64,000 nt of DNA from an uncultured Gammaproteobacteria bacterium (GCA_964566225.1 CAZMHV010000001.1:85963-149962), one strand, 5' to 3'. Positions 36,460-48,949 are shown, counted from the stretch's first letter. The notes: generated from the sequence alone by a model not told the origin. Made by a program: numbers and translations.

Positions 36460-37290
36460 ATGATTGAAACGTCTGCCAATGAGAAATACGAACAGTTCTT
36501 TACTGATCTCATGAAAAGGGGACTGCTCTCTCATGCATACTGTTTGGTTGGTACCAAAAGTTCCAATATTCGTGAGTTTGCCTTTGCCATAGCGACTCAA
36601 TTGCTCAGTACTGCATCAGATCGTCTGCAAATTCATCCAGATTTTTTATGGGTGCAGCAAGAAATGAATGAAAAAACTGGCAAGACCAAACGTGATATTG
36701 ATATTGAACAAATTAAACAGGTTCGTCAGTTTAGCATGGGTCGTCCATTTCAAGCACAGCACAAAGTAGTTGTTATTGACGAGGCCGAAAAAATGAATGC
36801 GCATTCGGCCAATGCACTGCTCAAAACCCTGGAGGAACCCAAAGGACATACGGTATTATTTTTGCTTACCGAAGACGAAACACAACTTTTGCCTACGATT
36901 CGTTCGCGTGCACAAGTAGTGTATTTGCCATCACCGGTACCGCATGTTTTTGAAAATTCACTGGTAGAACAATTTATCAATCTTTTTGGTGAACCACTCT
37001 ATAAAAAACTTCAAGGAGTAGAAGAATTGTTTGGTGATAAAAAAGATAGTGTGGCAACACGAGAAAATTTGCAAAATATTTTGGATGTATGGGAAGTAGT
37101 GAATAGAGACTATTTGTTGCTGAGTCTTGGTCAGAGTGATAAGTGTGTGCATCAGATTGATGTCTCAAAAAAGTATGGAGCATCTGTATTTATAAATATT
37201 GATAAAAAAATTCGACAAGCAAAAAAATATTTAGAACAAAATATACATCCACGGCTCCTGATTGAACAAATTTTACTTTCAATTCCTTAA
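36460..37290 (+). CDS. holB: DNA polymerase III delta' subunit
   Basis: Clamp-loader AAA+-like fold with HAYCLVG in place of a functional Walker A and a VVIDEAEKMN box. Confidence 0.65.
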   Translation: MIETSANEKYEQFFTDLMKRGLLSHAYCLVGTKSSNIREFAFAIATQLLSTASDRLQIHPDFLWVQQEMNEKTGKTKRDIDIEQIKQVRQFSMGRPFQAQHKVVVIDEAEKMNAHSANALLKTLEEPKGHTVLFLLTEDETQLLPTIRSRAQVVYLPSPVPHVFENSLVEQFINLFGEPLYKKLQGVEELFGDKKDSVATRENLQNILDVWEVVNRDYLLLSLGQSDKCVHQIDVSKKYGASVFINIDKKIRQAKKYLEQNIHPRLLIEQILLSIP

Positions 37291-37341
37291 ATCAATTTAT
37301 TTGTTTTTTCTTTTTTACAGAAAAAACACAACATTTTTTCT

Positions 37342-38424
37342 ATGCAGAAAAAAATTCTTGTCTCTACCCTTATGCTGGGAACATTGCTCTTTACTGGAGC
37401 GGGTTGTTCTTTGGGTGGAAGTAGTTCGGCCCCAACCACTACTGGTCCAGCTGGTATATTTACTTCATCTGATAAAGGTGAAACGTGGAAACAGTCATCA
37501 GTATTCCCAACGGTTGATGGTGTCAAAAGTCTCCAAACCGTGAGTGCGTATGAGTTTATCAATGACCCACTTGATAGTAATACATTTTATTGGGCTTCTC
37601 GTGGAAATGGTTTATTTTATACCACCGATGGTGCTGTGAGTTGGAACCGAGCCCCTGCCCCACTCAACACTGGATTTATCTATAGTGTTGCTGTGCATCC
37701 ACAAGATCACTGTACTGTGTATGCCAGTATTGGCAAAAATGTCTATCGTAGTACAGACTGTTTGCGTTCATGGAGTGAAGTCTATCGTGAAGATCGTACC
37801 GACAGTGTAAGAGCCATTGTTATCAATCCATTTACTCCATTTCAAGTATCTTTGGTCAAAGGAAGTGGAGATATTTTGCAAAGTAACGACGCGGGTGTAA
37901 GTTGGACCGTCCTCGCTAGACTCAAAAAATCAGTGTATACCATGGTAGCCGATCCACAAAAAGAAGGACGTTACTATATGGCTACTGCGACCAATGGGTT
38001 GTTTCGTTCTGATGATGGTGCAAAAACATGGACAGACTTGAGTAAAGCACTCCGTAAATTTCCTGGTGCTCTGACCTATAGAGATATGACCGTTTATACT
38101 GCCAAAGAAGATACCGTCTATTGGATTTCTACCTATGGTATTTTGCGATCTGAAGACGCTGGACAAACTTGGACTCCATTTCAATTGATTACCCCTCCAG
38201 GAAGTGCCAAAATTTACGCTTTTGGAGTGAATCCAAAAAATGAAAAGGAAATTTACTATACAGCAACCATTGGAACACGTTCCAGTTTCTATAAGAGTAT
38301 CAATGGTGGCCAAAATTGGATTACCAAAAAACTTCCTTCTGGACAGATTCCAACCGTCATTCGACTTGACCCAAAGAAGGAAAGTGTAGTATATTTGGGT
38401 TTCACTATCCCCCCACAAAAATAA
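37342..38424 (+). CDS. Lipoprotein with six BNR/Asp-box repeats (Ycf48/sialidase-like beta-propeller)
   Basis: Lipobox LFTGAGC. Six S-x-D-x-G-x-T-W repeats: SSDKGETW, TTDGAVSW, SNDAGVSW, SDDGAKTW, SEDAGQTW, SINGGQNW. Confidence 0.7.
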   Translation: MQKKILVSTLMLGTLLFTGAGCSLGGSSSAPTTTGPAGIFTSSDKGETWKQSSVFPTVDGVKSLQTVSAYEFINDPLDSNTFYWASRGNGLFYTTDGAVSWNRAPAPLNTGFIYSVAVHPQDHCTVYASIGKNVYRSTDCLRSWSEVYREDRTDSVRAIVINPFTPFQVSLVKGSGDILQSNDAGVSWTVLARLKKSVYTMVADPQKEGRYYMATATNGLFRSDDGAKTWTDLSKALRKFPGALTYRDMTVYTAKEDTVYWISTYGILRSEDAGQTWTPFQLITPPGSAKIYAFGVNPKNEKEIYYTATIGTRSSFYKSINGGQNWITKKLPSGQIPTVIRLDPKKESVVYLGFTIPPQK

Positions 38425-38514
38425 AAGCTTTGAGACAACACGTCTTCAGCCTGCCTCTTTTGGCAGGTTGATGCGTCTCATCTATTCAAACTATTGGGGT
38501 TAATTTATTCAAAT

Positions 38515-39054
38515 ATGCAGCACAAACAAGAATTCGAAAAAGCGATTGAACATTTTAAGCAAGATATTTCATCTTTGCGTACTGGTCGTGCGACTCCTGC
38601 CATAGTAGAAGATATACCTGTTGAAGCGTATGGTATTCGACAGGCACTCAAGTCTGTGGCGAGTATTTCAGTAGCCGATGCCAAGACCCTCAACATTGAC
38701 CCATGGGACAAAAGTCTTATGCAGGCAGTGGAAACAGGTCTTCGAAATTCTCCGCTCGGCATCAACCCAGTCAACGATGGTAAATTAATTCGTTTGCCTT
38801 TGCCTGATTTGACCGCAGAACGTCGCGCTGACCTCATCAAGGTACTTCACCAAAAATCCGAAGCAGCTCGCATTGTGATGCGTAAAATTCGTGAAGATGC
38901 TCGCACCGAAGTAGAAATGGCTGCTGAAGCCAAAGAAATGGGAGAAGACGAAAAATTTAAAATGTTTGATGAAATCGAAAAGTTGGTGAAAGAATACAAT
39001 GAAAAGATTAAATTGATTGCGGAAGATAAAGAGAAGGAAATTAATACGATTTAA
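38515..39054 (+). CDS. frr: Ribosome recycling factor
   Basis: Full-length RRF match (HFKQDISSLRTGRATPAIVEDIPVEAYG...). Start at MQHKQ; an alternative start is at 38494. Confidence 0.9.
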   Translation: MQHKQEFEKAIEHFKQDISSLRTGRATPAIVEDIPVEAYGIRQALKSVASISVADAKTLNIDPWDKSLMQAVETGLRNSPLGINPVNDGKLIRLPLPDLTAERRADLIKVLHQKSEAARIVMRKIREDARTEVEMAAEAKEMGEDEKFKMFDEIEKLVKEYNEKIKLIAEDKEKEINTI

Positions 39055-39058
39055 AATG

Positions 39059-39098
39059 ATGAAGCCCCGGGCAATTGCTCGGGGCTTCTGCTTTTTAG
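39059..39098 (+). terminator. Rho-independent terminator after frr (gaagccccg...cggggcttc + T-run)
   Basis: 9-bp GC-rich inverted repeat followed by tgcttttt. Confidence 0.65.
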
Positions 39099-39308
39099 CT
39101 TGACATTCATGAAGAGATGTTTTATAGTGAAAGTATCAAGCCGTGAAGCAGGGTGGCACCTGTGGAGTTTGATAGACATTTTTGCAAAGAGTGTTCTCGA
39201 TATTTCGGGAAAACTTGGGTGGAACCTCCAGTCATATGACCGGACCCAAGACCTTTACCAAAGGGTCTTTTTAATTACTTTAAAATTTGTTATAATTAAG
39301 CAAATTCT

Positions 39309-40679
39309 ATGGATACTATTTCAATGGACAATATAATCTCACTGTGCAAACGCCGCGGATTCATTTTTCCGGGTAGTGAAATTTATGGGGGACTTGCAAA
39401 CTCATGGGACTACGGTCCTTTGGGTGCCCAATTGCGCAAAAATATTAAAGATTTTTGGTGGAAAAAAATGGTAGAAGAACGCGAAGACATGGTTGGTTTT
39501 GATGGAGCCATTATGATGAATCCACGCGTGTGGGAAGCTTCTGGACACGTTGCAACCTTCAATGATCCAATGGTTGAAGATGTAAAAAATCACAAACGCT
39601 ACCGTGCCGATCATTTGCTCGAAGAACATGGTGTGAACCCAACTGGAATGACCCTCGAGCAAATGGGGGAAGCCCTCAAAGAAAACAAAATCAAAAGTGC
39701 TGATGGTAATGAACTCTCTAGCCCACGCAAATTCAACATGATGTTTCAAACCGTAATTGGTGCGGTGCAAGAAGAGGGAAGTACGGTGTACCTGCGTCCA
39801 GAAACTGCGCAGGCCATGTTTGTGAATTTCAAAAATGTTGCCATGACTTCACGCAAACGTTTGCCTTTTGGAATTGCACAAGTAGGAAAAGCATTTCGTA
39901 ATGAAATTACTCCAGGAAATTTTGTGTTCCGCACACTCGAGTTCGAGCAAATGGAAATTGAATATTTTCTCGAAGAAAAAGATTGGGAAGTATTGTTTGA
40001 ACAATGGATTGCTTCCATGGAAAGTTTTGCTACAGAAATTGGACTTGATACATCGAAACTTCATCGATTTGAAGTGCCTGATGAAGATCGAGCACATTAT
40101 TCCAAACGTACCATTGACTTCATGTTTGACTTTCCATTTGGAAACAAAGAATTGTGGGGACTCGCATATCGTGGGAATTTTGATTTGACTCAGCACCAAG
40201 AATTTTCCAAACAAAATCTTGAATTTACTGACCCCGACGATAACAAACGAAAAATTTTGCCTCATGTGATTGAACCTTCACAAGGTGTTGATCGAACGCT
40301 CCTCGCCATGCTGGTGAGTGCATACCACGAAGAAACCGTCAGTGAAGGTGATGTGCGCGTGGTGCTCAAATTTGCACCTCACATGGCTCCATACCACATT
40401 GCTGTACTTCCGCTTATGAAAAAAGATGGTCTTGCAGAAAAAGGAAAAGAACTTTTTAAAGATTTGCTCAAAGACTTCCGTGTGGAATACGATGATGCTG
40501 GAAGTATTGGAAAACGTTACCGCCGCCAAGACGAAATTGGTACGCCATTTTGTGTGACGGTTGATTATGATACATTCACTGATAATGCAGTGACAGTGCG
40601 TGATCGTGACAGTATGACACAAGAACGAGTGAAACTTGAGAATATAAAAAATTATTTACAACAAAAATTTGGTAAATAA
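39309..40679 (+). CDS. glyQS: Glycine--tRNA ligase, class II, dimeric
   Basis: FIFPGSEIYGGLANSWDYGPLG N-terminus, class II motifs 2 and 3, and a C-terminal anticodon-binding domain. Confidence 0.9.
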   Translation: MDTISMDNIISLCKRRGFIFPGSEIYGGLANSWDYGPLGAQLRKNIKDFWWKKMVEEREDMVGFDGAIMMNPRVWEASGHVATFNDPMVEDVKNHKRYRADHLLEEHGVNPTGMTLEQMGEALKENKIKSADGNELSSPRKFNMMFQTVIGAVQEEGSTVYLRPETAQAMFVNFKNVAMTSRKRLPFGIAQVGKAFRNEITPGNFVFRTLEFEQMEIEYFLEEKDWEVLFEQWIASMESFATEIGLDTSKLHRFEVPDEDRAHYSKRTIDFMFDFPFGNKELWGLAYRGNFDLTQHQEFSKQNLEFTDPDDNKRKILPHVIEPSQGVDRTLLAMLVSAYHEETVSEGDVRVVLKFAPHMAPYHIAVLPLMKKDGLAEKGKELFKDLLKDFRVEYDDAGSIGKRYRRQDEIGTPFCVTVDYDTFTDNAVTVRDRDSMTQERVKLENIKNYLQQKFGK

Positions 40680-40681
40680 AT

Positions 40682-41938
40682 ATGTTCGAACAATACCAAC
40701 TCAAAAACAAAGCCAACGTCATCCTCGTTCCTCAACGTGACACTCAGTCCACCACATTTTTGGTGATGTACCCAGTGGGCTCTCGCTATGAAAGTCAAAA
40801 AATGAGTGGCGTGTCTCACTACATTGAGCACCTCATGTTCAAGGGAACTAAAAAAAGAAAAAATACATTGACTCTGACTCGTGAAATTGATCGACTGGGA
40901 GCCGAATACAATGCGTTTACGGGTAAAGAATCAACTGGTTACTATATCAAGGTAGATGTCAAATACACTGAAATTGCTCTCGACATTCTTTCTGACATGC
41001 TCTTTAATTCTACCTTTGATCCCAAAGAAATGGAAAAAGAAAAGCCAGTGATTGTCGAAGAACTCCGCATGTATCGTGACAATCCAATGATGAATATTGA
41101 TAGTGTATTTGAACAAAACATGTTTGCTGGGGCACTTGGCCGAGATATTGGTGGCACAGATGCACATGTGATGGGATTCAAACGTGATGATGTGTTGGCA
41201 TTCAAAAATAAATACTACCATCCGGGTGCCATGACCATTATTGTGGCAGGAAAAATTGATGAAAAAATCAAACACTTAGTAGAAACATATTTTGCTGCAG
41301 AAAAAGCTGGTAAAAAATCAGCATTACACTTGGAACCAGCAGAACTTTGTTCATCCAAAAAGGCAGACCGAATTGTGGTACAGCAAAAGCAAACTGATCA
41401 GGCACAACTTATGCTCGGGTTTCCTGGATTCAATCACACGGCTGATGAAAATTCTGCTGTGTCTGTGCTCAACACCATTTTTGGTGGCTCTATGAGTTCA
41501 CGACTTTTTATTCAGGTGCGTGAACGCAGGGGACTGGCCTACATGGTACGCAGTGGTTCAGATCATTATCGTGACATGGGATATGTGTATGTTCGCGCGG
41601 GCCTCGAAGCCAAAAATATCAACAAGGCCATTGGAGTGATTCACGATGAAATGGAAAAAATTATCAAAAAAGGTGTGACCAAGCGTGAACTTGAAGATGC
41701 CAAAACACATATTCGTGGAAGTGTGACACTTTCGTTTGAAGATTCAAGTACACAGGCAAATTGGTATGCACGTCAGGCCCTCTTTCAACCCGTGATCAAA
41801 ACTCCAGAACAAGAATTGAGAGAGATTGAAGCGGTTACTTTGAGTGATGTTCAGTCCATTGCCAAAAAGATTTTTGATTGGAATAAACTTCGTGTGGGCG
41901 TTATTGGTGATATTGAAAAAGAGAAGATTATTTTTTAG
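40682..41938 (+). CDS. M16-family zinc peptidase (insulinase/pitrilysin-like)
   Basis: Inverted zinc motif HYIEHLMFKGT (HxxEH) and a second M16_C-like half. Confidence 0.85.
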   Translation: MFEQYQLKNKANVILVPQRDTQSTTFLVMYPVGSRYESQKMSGVSHYIEHLMFKGTKKRKNTLTLTREIDRLGAEYNAFTGKESTGYYIKVDVKYTEIALDILSDMLFNSTFDPKEMEKEKPVIVEELRMYRDNPMMNIDSVFEQNMFAGALGRDIGGTDAHVMGFKRDDVLAFKNKYYHPGAMTIIVAGKIDEKIKHLVETYFAAEKAGKKSALHLEPAELCSSKKADRIVVQQKQTDQAQLMLGFPGFNHTADENSAVSVLNTIFGGSMSSRLFIQVRERRGLAYMVRSGSDHYRDMGYVYVRAGLEAKNINKAIGVIHDEMEKIIKKGVTKRELEDAKTHIRGSVTLSFEDSSTQANWYARQALFQPVIKTPEQELREIEAVTLSDVQSIAKKIFDWNKLRVGVIGDIEKEKIIF

Positions 41939-42093
41939 GTCTTTGTTACTTGCAATCTTTGATGTGACTTTGCTCGTATTTTTGTAATAATTAGCTATAT
42001 AGAGCAATTTTTTTCATAAAATCATATCAACAAATAAAAAAAATAAATCAGTGAAAATACTATCTTGACTCTATTTGATTTTTGATGTAAAAT

Positions 42094-42354
42094 ATGGCGG
42101 AAAATCCACTAAAAAAAGCGACAGATAGAAAATATTGGATATTTTCTCTTAAAATTATAGGAGACTTTGGGGTAACTTTGGCCTTGCCAGTGGTTGTTTT
42201 TTCTTCCATTGGACAGCGTCTTGATGCACGATTTTCGTCTTCTCCATGGTTTACTGTGATCGGTTTTGCACTGGCTGCAGTTCTGTCGGCACAACTTATT
42301 TATAAAAAAACAAAAAAATACGCCAAACAATACGAGGATATAGATAAAAAATAA
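42094..42354 (+). CDS. atpZ: ATP synthase protein I/AtpZ-like small membrane protein
   Basis: 86 aa with two TM helices and a basic tail, immediately upstream of atpB. Confidence 0.5.
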   Translation: MAENPLKKATDRKYWIFSLKIIGDFGVTLALPVVVFSSIGQRLDARFSSSPWFTVIGFALAAVLSAQLIYKKTKKYAKQYEDIDKK

Positions 42355-42377
42355 TCTGGCGTTGAATACAATTTTTT

Positions 42378-43169
42378 ATGGCAGAAATTCATATTCCAAC
42401 ACTCGCACCTGAAGTTATCACCCACATTGGACCTTTTGATATTACCAATACTATTATTAACTCTTGGATTGCCATTGCTATTTTATTGGTGATTGGAATC
42501 TTGATTACCAAAAACGCACGTCTTCGTCCAGGTAAATTGCAAAATGCGTTTGAATTTTTTGTTGAATCACTCCTTGGATATTTTGACCAAGTAACTGGAA
42601 GCCGAGAAAAGAGTCGTAAATTTCTTCCTCTGGTTGGTTCTGTCTTCTTTTTTATTCTTCTTTCCAACTGGCTTGGATTGCTTCCTGGAACAGGAAGTTT
42701 GCTTTCTGGTCACTCACCAGTACTTCGTCCAGCCAATACTGACTTGAACCTCACTGTGGCCATGGCACTGGTGTCTGTGTTAACGTCTCACTTGGTTGGC
42801 CTTGCTTCTATTGGATTTTTTGCACATGCCAACAAATTTATCCAAATTGGAACATTTTTCAAAAGTTTGACCAAAGGTCCGGTTGCCATTTTTACCGCAA
42901 TCGTAGAGATTCTTGTGGGTATTATTGAACTTATTGGTGAAGCAGCAAAAGTACTTTCCTTGTCTCTTCGTTTATTTGGAAATGTATTTGCCGGAGAAGT
43001 GCTTATTTCTGTGATTGGTGCACTTGTAGGAGTGTTTGTGCCTGCTCCATTTATGCTGCTTGAAATTTTGGTTGGTCTCATTCAAGCCGCAGTATTTACC
43101 ATGCTCACTCTTGTGTACTTAACGGTCATGTCCGAGGCTCCACATGGAAGTGAAGACGAAAAACACTAA
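42378..43169 (+). CDS. atpB: F0F1 ATP synthase subunit a
   Basis: Conserved Arg-containing TM4 motif (LSLSLRLFGN) and five TM helices. Confidence 0.9.
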   Translation: MAEIHIPTLAPEVITHIGPFDITNTIINSWIAIAILLVIGILITKNARLRPGKLQNAFEFFVESLLGYFDQVTGSREKSRKFLPLVGSVFFFILLSNWLGLLPGTGSLLSGHSPVLRPANTDLNLTVAMALVSVLTSHLVGLASIGFFAHANKFIQIGTFFKSLTKGPVAIFTAIVEILVGIIELIGEAAKVLSLSLRLFGNVFAGEVLISVIGALVGVFVPAPFMLLEILVGLIQAAVFTMLTLVYLTVMSEAPHGSEDEKH

Positions 43170-43186
43170 TTCGAGAAATTATCTGA

Positions 43187-43300
43187 AGTTCAAATTTGAG
43201 ATATGAGTTCTGGCGAACATCGCGAAGGCGCCGTTCGACAGGGCTAATATCTCAAAGTTGAACGCCAGTGCCAAAGTGCACACCAATCGGCGTTCAACAA
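43187..43300. repeat. Two adjacent palindromic structures in the atpB-atpE spacer
   Basis: Arms gttcaaatttgagatat / atatctcaaagttgaac enclose a GC-rich core (ggcgaacatcgcgaaggcgccgttcgac). A second 10-bp perfect inverted repeat, gttgaacgcc...ggcgttcaac, follows immediately. Confidence 0.5.
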
Positions 43301-43387
43301 AACAGATATTATTTATTCAACGATGGAACAGACGAGGTAAAAAATTTCCCCTTTACCCCTCGAGCCAAGTACATCTGTAATGTTTAG

Positions 43388-43612
<225 letters not shown>

Positions 43613-43674
43613 ATTTCAAAGTCAGATCTTTCGAGGTCTGACCCACAAAAGTTATTTCTAGAATTAGATTCTGT

Positions 43675-44226
43675 ATGTCACAAGCTATTGAAAAAGAAGT
43701 TCAAGAACACACAACCGAAGCATCTGGTGATGCGGGTGTTCTTTCAACACTTGGATTAAATGTGGGTCAATTTGCTTCCCAGCTTTTTAACTTTGCACTT
43801 GTCCTGTGTATTGTTTGGTTTTTGATTTTAAAACCACTTACCAAAAAACTTGATGAACGAAGAAAAATTATTGATGAGTCACTTGACCATGCCAAAGAAG
43901 TAGAAACGAATTTACTCATGAGTCAACAAAAATTTGACGAAACGATTGAAAAGGCCAAGAGTGAATCAAGTGCCATTATCCAAAAAGCACATGACGAAGC
44001 AGAAAAAATGTCTACAGACATGAAAGAAAAAACCAAAAAAGAACTTGCCGACCTTATTGAAAAAGCCAAGAAAGTTGTTGCCAATGAAAAAGAAGAAATG
44101 CGTGCAGAACTTCGCAAAGAAACAGTTGAATTGGTGGTGCTCACTGCAGAAAAAATTCTCGGCCAAAAACTCGATGGCAAAAAAGACGAAGAATTTATTC
44201 GTGATATTTTGAAGTCAGTGAAATAA
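43675..44226 (+). CDS. atpF: F0F1 ATP synthase subunit b
   Basis: Single N-terminal TM helix followed by a long charged coiled-coil. Confidence 0.85.
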   Translation: MSQAIEKEVQEHTTEASGDAGVLSTLGLNVGQFASQLFNFALVLCIVWFLILKPLTKKLDERRKIIDESLDHAKEVETNLLMSQQKFDETIEKAKSESSAIIQKAHDEAEKMSTDMKEKTKKELADLIEKAKKVVANEKEEMRAELRKETVELVVLTAEKILGQKLDGKKDEEFIRDILKSVK

Positions 44227-44228
44227 AT

Positions 44229-44615
44229 ATGCCAAAAAAATTATCAGCCAATCAATACGCCAAAGTTCTCTACGAAGTGACCCAAGGTTTGCAAGGGGAA
44301 TCTTTGAGCAAAGCAATTTCTGAATTCACCATTCTTGTCCGCAAAAATCAAGCTTGGAAAAGAATGGCAGAAATTGTGGAAGCATTTCAAAAATATGCAC
44401 GCAAGCAAGAAGGTTGGGTAGAACTTCACGTAACATCAGCCCACGAGCTTTCCGAAAAAATGATTGAAGAAATTAGCAAGCAATTTGGTGGCAAGGCAGA
44501 TGTAACGGTTGCCGAGGATGCAAAGCTCATTGGTGGAATCAAAGTGCAAACTGATAATAAAATTTTTGATGCGAGTGTAAAAACACAACTTCAAAAAATG
44601 AAAGAAACTTTATAA
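44229..44615 (+). CDS. atpH: F0F1 ATP synthase subunit delta (short form)
   Basis: 128 aa OSCP-like protein, placed between atpF and atpA. Confidence 0.7.
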   Translation: MPKKLSANQYAKVLYEVTQGLQGESLSKAISEFTILVRKNQAWKRMAEIVEAFQKYARKQEGWVELHVTSAHELSEKMIEEISKQFGGKADVTVAEDAKLIGGIKVQTDNKIFDASVKTQLQKMKETL

Positions 44616-44626
44616 CTTAATACCGT

Positions 44627-46120
44627 ATGTCATACACAGATCAAGTCGTTGAACTTTTGAAAAAAAATATCGCTTCATTTGAAAAAACCGCTGACGTTGA
44701 AGAAGTCGGTACGGTTATTGAAGTAAAAGATGGTATTGCTCGCATGAGTGGCCTTGAAAAATGTCAGGCACAAGAAATGTTGGAATTCCCAGGTGGTACT
44801 CTTGGTATTGCTTTGAATCTCGAAGAAGAAACCGTTGGTGCGGTTATTCTCGGTGCCTACAAACATATTAAAGAAGGCGACACCGTAAAACGCACTGGCA
44901 AGATTATGTCTATCCCAGTCGGTGACGCCATGATCGGCCGCGTGGTGAATGCGCTTGGACAAGAAATTGATGGCAAAGGCCCAATTAAAACCAAAGACTT
45001 TTATCCAGTAGAACGTGTGGCACCGGGCGTTATTACTCGTCAGGGTGTCAATCGTCCAATGCAAACTGGTATCAAAGCCATTGATGCACTTATCCCAGTT
45101 GGACGTGGACAGCGTGAACTTATCATTGGAGATCGTCAAACTGGTAAAACAGCGATTGCGATTGACGCCATCATCAACCAAAAAGGCCAAAACATGATTT
45201 GTGTATACGTGGCTATTGGTCAAAAAGAATCCAAAGTTGCTCGTCTTGCAGCCAAGCTCCGCGAAGCTGGTGCTATGGACTACACCATTATCGTTTCTGC
45301 TGGTGCTTCTGAACCAGCTCCAATGTCATACCTCGCTCCATACGCTGGTGTCACACTTGCTGAATTTTTTGCAGACAAAGGAATGGATGTGCTCGTTATT
45401 TACGATGATTTGACTCGTCAAGCTTGGGCATACCGTGAAATGTCATTGCTTCTTCGCCGTCCACCAGGACGTGAAGCGTACCCAGGTGACGTATTCTATT
45501 TGCACTCACGTTTGCTTGAACGCGCATGTAACCTCAACAAAGAACATGGTGGTGGTTCTATTACCGCGCTTCCAATTATTGAAACACAAGCCGGAGATAT
45601 TTCTGCCTACATTCCAACCAACGTAATTTCTATTACTGATGGTCAGATCTTCCTTGAAACAGATTTGTTTTTCCGTGGTATTCGTCCAGCCCTCAACGTT
45701 GGTCTCTCTGTATCACGTGTAGGAGGTTCTGCTCAAACCAAACCAATGAAAAAAGTTGCCGGAAGTATGAAACTTGCGCTTGCGCAATTCCGTGAACTCG
45801 AAGCGTTCTCACAATTTAGTAGTGATCTTGATCCTGAAACCAAGAAACAAATTGAACGTGGTCGCCGCTTAACAGAACTTTTGAAACAACCTCAATATTC
45901 ACCATATGCAGTAGAAGACCAAGTGCTTTCTATTTATGCTGCAGGCAAAGGATACTTTGATGATGTTGCGCTCGATATGGTACGCGATGCTGAAACCAAA
46001 ATGATTGCCTTCATGAAAAAAACTCGTTCTGTACTTATGGAACGAATTGCCAAAGGTGAATGGGGTGATGAAGTAGAATCTGAACTCAAAGCTGGAATCG
46101 AAGAATTTAAAAAAGCCTAA
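44627..46120 (+). CDS. atpA: F0F1 ATP synthase subunit alpha
   Basis: Walker A GDRQTGKT and the full alpha-subunit architecture. Confidence 0.95.
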   Translation: MSYTDQVVELLKKNIASFEKTADVEEVGTVIEVKDGIARMSGLEKCQAQEMLEFPGGTLGIALNLEEETVGAVILGAYKHIKEGDTVKRTGKIMSIPVGDAMIGRVVNALGQEIDGKGPIKTKDFYPVERVAPGVITRQGVNRPMQTGIKAIDALIPVGRGQRELIIGDRQTGKTAIAIDAIINQKGQNMICVYVAIGQKESKVARLAAKLREAGAMDYTIIVSAGASEPAPMSYLAPYAGVTLAEFFADKGMDVLVIYDDLTRQAWAYREMSLLLRRPPGREAYPGDVFYLHSRLLERACNLNKEHGGGSITALPIIETQAGDISAYIPTNVISITDGQIFLETDLFFRGIRPALNVGLSVSRVGGSAQTKPMKKVAGSMKLALAQFRELEAFSQFSSDLDPETKKQIERGRRLTELLKQPQYSPYAVEDQVLSIYAAGKGYFDDVALDMVRDAETKMIAFMKKTRSVLMERIAKGEWGDEVESELKAGIEEFKKA

Positions 46121-46128
46121 CTTATACT

Positions 46129-47076
46129 ATGGCAGTATCAGGAAAAGCAATTAAAACTCGTATCAAATCAGTCAAGAACACCAAAAAAATGACGAAAGCC
46201 ATGGAAATGGTGTCTGCTGCCAAGATGCGCAAAGCAGTTTCTGCAGCTCTTTCAACCAGAGAGTATGCTTTGCTGTCACGTGAACTCTTGAACAATCTCT
46301 CAAAAATGCAAAAGAAGCAAGTTGCCCTTTTGCAAATGCGTCCAGTTCAAAAAATGCTCGTGGTAATGATTACATCAAACCGTGGGCTCTGTGGAAGTTT
46401 CAATGCCAATATTTTGAAAAAAGCTTCCCAGCTTTTGAAAAATACAGACAATGTAGCAACTCACCGAATGGCTGGTGGCAAAGAAATTGCTCCAAACCAA
46501 AATGTTGAAATCGATATTTTGGGAATTGGAAAAAAGAGTGCTTTGTTTGCCAAAAAATTTGGATATAATCTTACCAATGTTTTTGATCACCTCAGTGACA
46601 AACCTTCGTTTGAAAATGTGTTATCCATTACTCATTTGGTAACAGATGCTTTTGTACAAAAAAAATACGACAAAGTTGTTGTGGTATACACTGATTACAA
46701 ATCACCACTGGTGCAAGAAGTAAAAGTACGTCAGTTATTGCCAGTTTCAGAAGTTGATCTTGAAAAAATGATCACAGGAACAACCGGTGAAATTGAACCA
46801 CAATCAGGGAATTCACTCGAAGGATATATTTTTGAACCAAACGTACAAAGTATCCTGACCGATGTCCTTCCTCGATTGGTGGAGATTCAACTCTATCAAG
46901 CCGTACTTGAATCAGCAGCCAGTGAACACAGTGCCCGCATGCTTGCCATGAAAAATGCCAGTACCGCAGCCGGAGAAATGATTGATGCGCTGACCCTTGA
47001 ATTCAACAAAGCCCGCCAAGCAGCGATTACTCGTGAAATTAGTGAAATCGTTGGTGGTGCAGCGGCACTTGAATAA
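46129..47076 (+). CDS. atpG: F0F1 ATP synthase subunit gamma
   Basis: MAVSGKAIKTRIKSVKNTKKMTKAMEMVSAAKMRKA N-terminus and the C-terminal conserved helix. Confidence 0.9.
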   Translation: MAVSGKAIKTRIKSVKNTKKMTKAMEMVSAAKMRKAVSAALSTREYALLSRELLNNLSKMQKKQVALLQMRPVQKMLVVMITSNRGLCGSFNANILKKASQLLKNTDNVATHRMAGGKEIAPNQNVEIDILGIGKKSALFAKKFGYNLTNVFDHLSDKPSFENVLSITHLVTDAFVQKKYDKVVVVYTDYKSPLVQEVKVRQLLPVSEVDLEKMITGTTGEIEPQSGNSLEGYIFEPNVQSILTDVLPRLVEIQLYQAVLESAASEHSARMLAMKNASTAAGEMIDALTLEFNKARQAAITREISEIVGGAAALE

Positions 47077-47101
47077 TTTATTTTGCATAAAAGCTATTTA
47101 A

Positions 47102-48484
<1,383 letters not shown>

Positions 48485-48508
48485 ATTTCACTTTGAAAAA
48501 TAATAATT

Positions 48509-48931
48509 ATGTTACTCAAAATCGTCACTCCAGACGGCATCACCTATGAAAATGAAATCGATCAGGTTTCCGTTTCAACACAAAAAGGTGAAATTACTAT
48601 CTTGCCAAAACATATTCCACTGGTTTCTGTACTGAAAGCAGGGGAGATTCGTATCCTCAAAGCAGGCGAAGAAATTGATATGGCAGTGTCAACTGGAGTT
48701 TTGGAAGTGCGACCAAATAATCAAATTTATATTTTGGCCGACACCGCAGAACGTGCAGAGCACATTGATTTGGAACGCGCCGAAGCTTCACGCCAGCGCG
48801 CCGAAGAGCTCATGGCACAAAAACAATCACTCGAAGATGTACAATTTGCAAGATTGCAAGCAAAAATGGAAAAAGAATTGGCACGTTTGCGTGTAGGAAA
48901 AAAATATCGCAAACTCCCTCCACAAAATTAA
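48509..48931 (+). CDS. atpC: F0F1 ATP synthase subunit epsilon
   Basis: N-terminal beta-sandwich followed by a C-terminal helical hairpin. Confidence 0.85.
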   Translation: MLLKIVTPDGITYENEIDQVSVSTQKGEITILPKHIPLVSVLKAGEIRILKAGEEIDMAVSTGVLEVRPNNQIYILADTAERAEHIDLERAEASRQRAEELMAQKQSLEDVQFARLQAKMEKELARLRVGKKYRKLPPQN

Positions 48932-48949
48932 TAACAAGGTGTATACTAA

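Noticed and set aside
42065-42093. TTGACT-17-TAAAAT promoter-like sequence upstream of the atp operon
   Set aside because: The -10 ends immediately at the annotated ATG of atpZ, so a transcript from it would start inside the ORF. Either the atpZ start is wrong or the match is fortuitous, so it was not reported as a feature.
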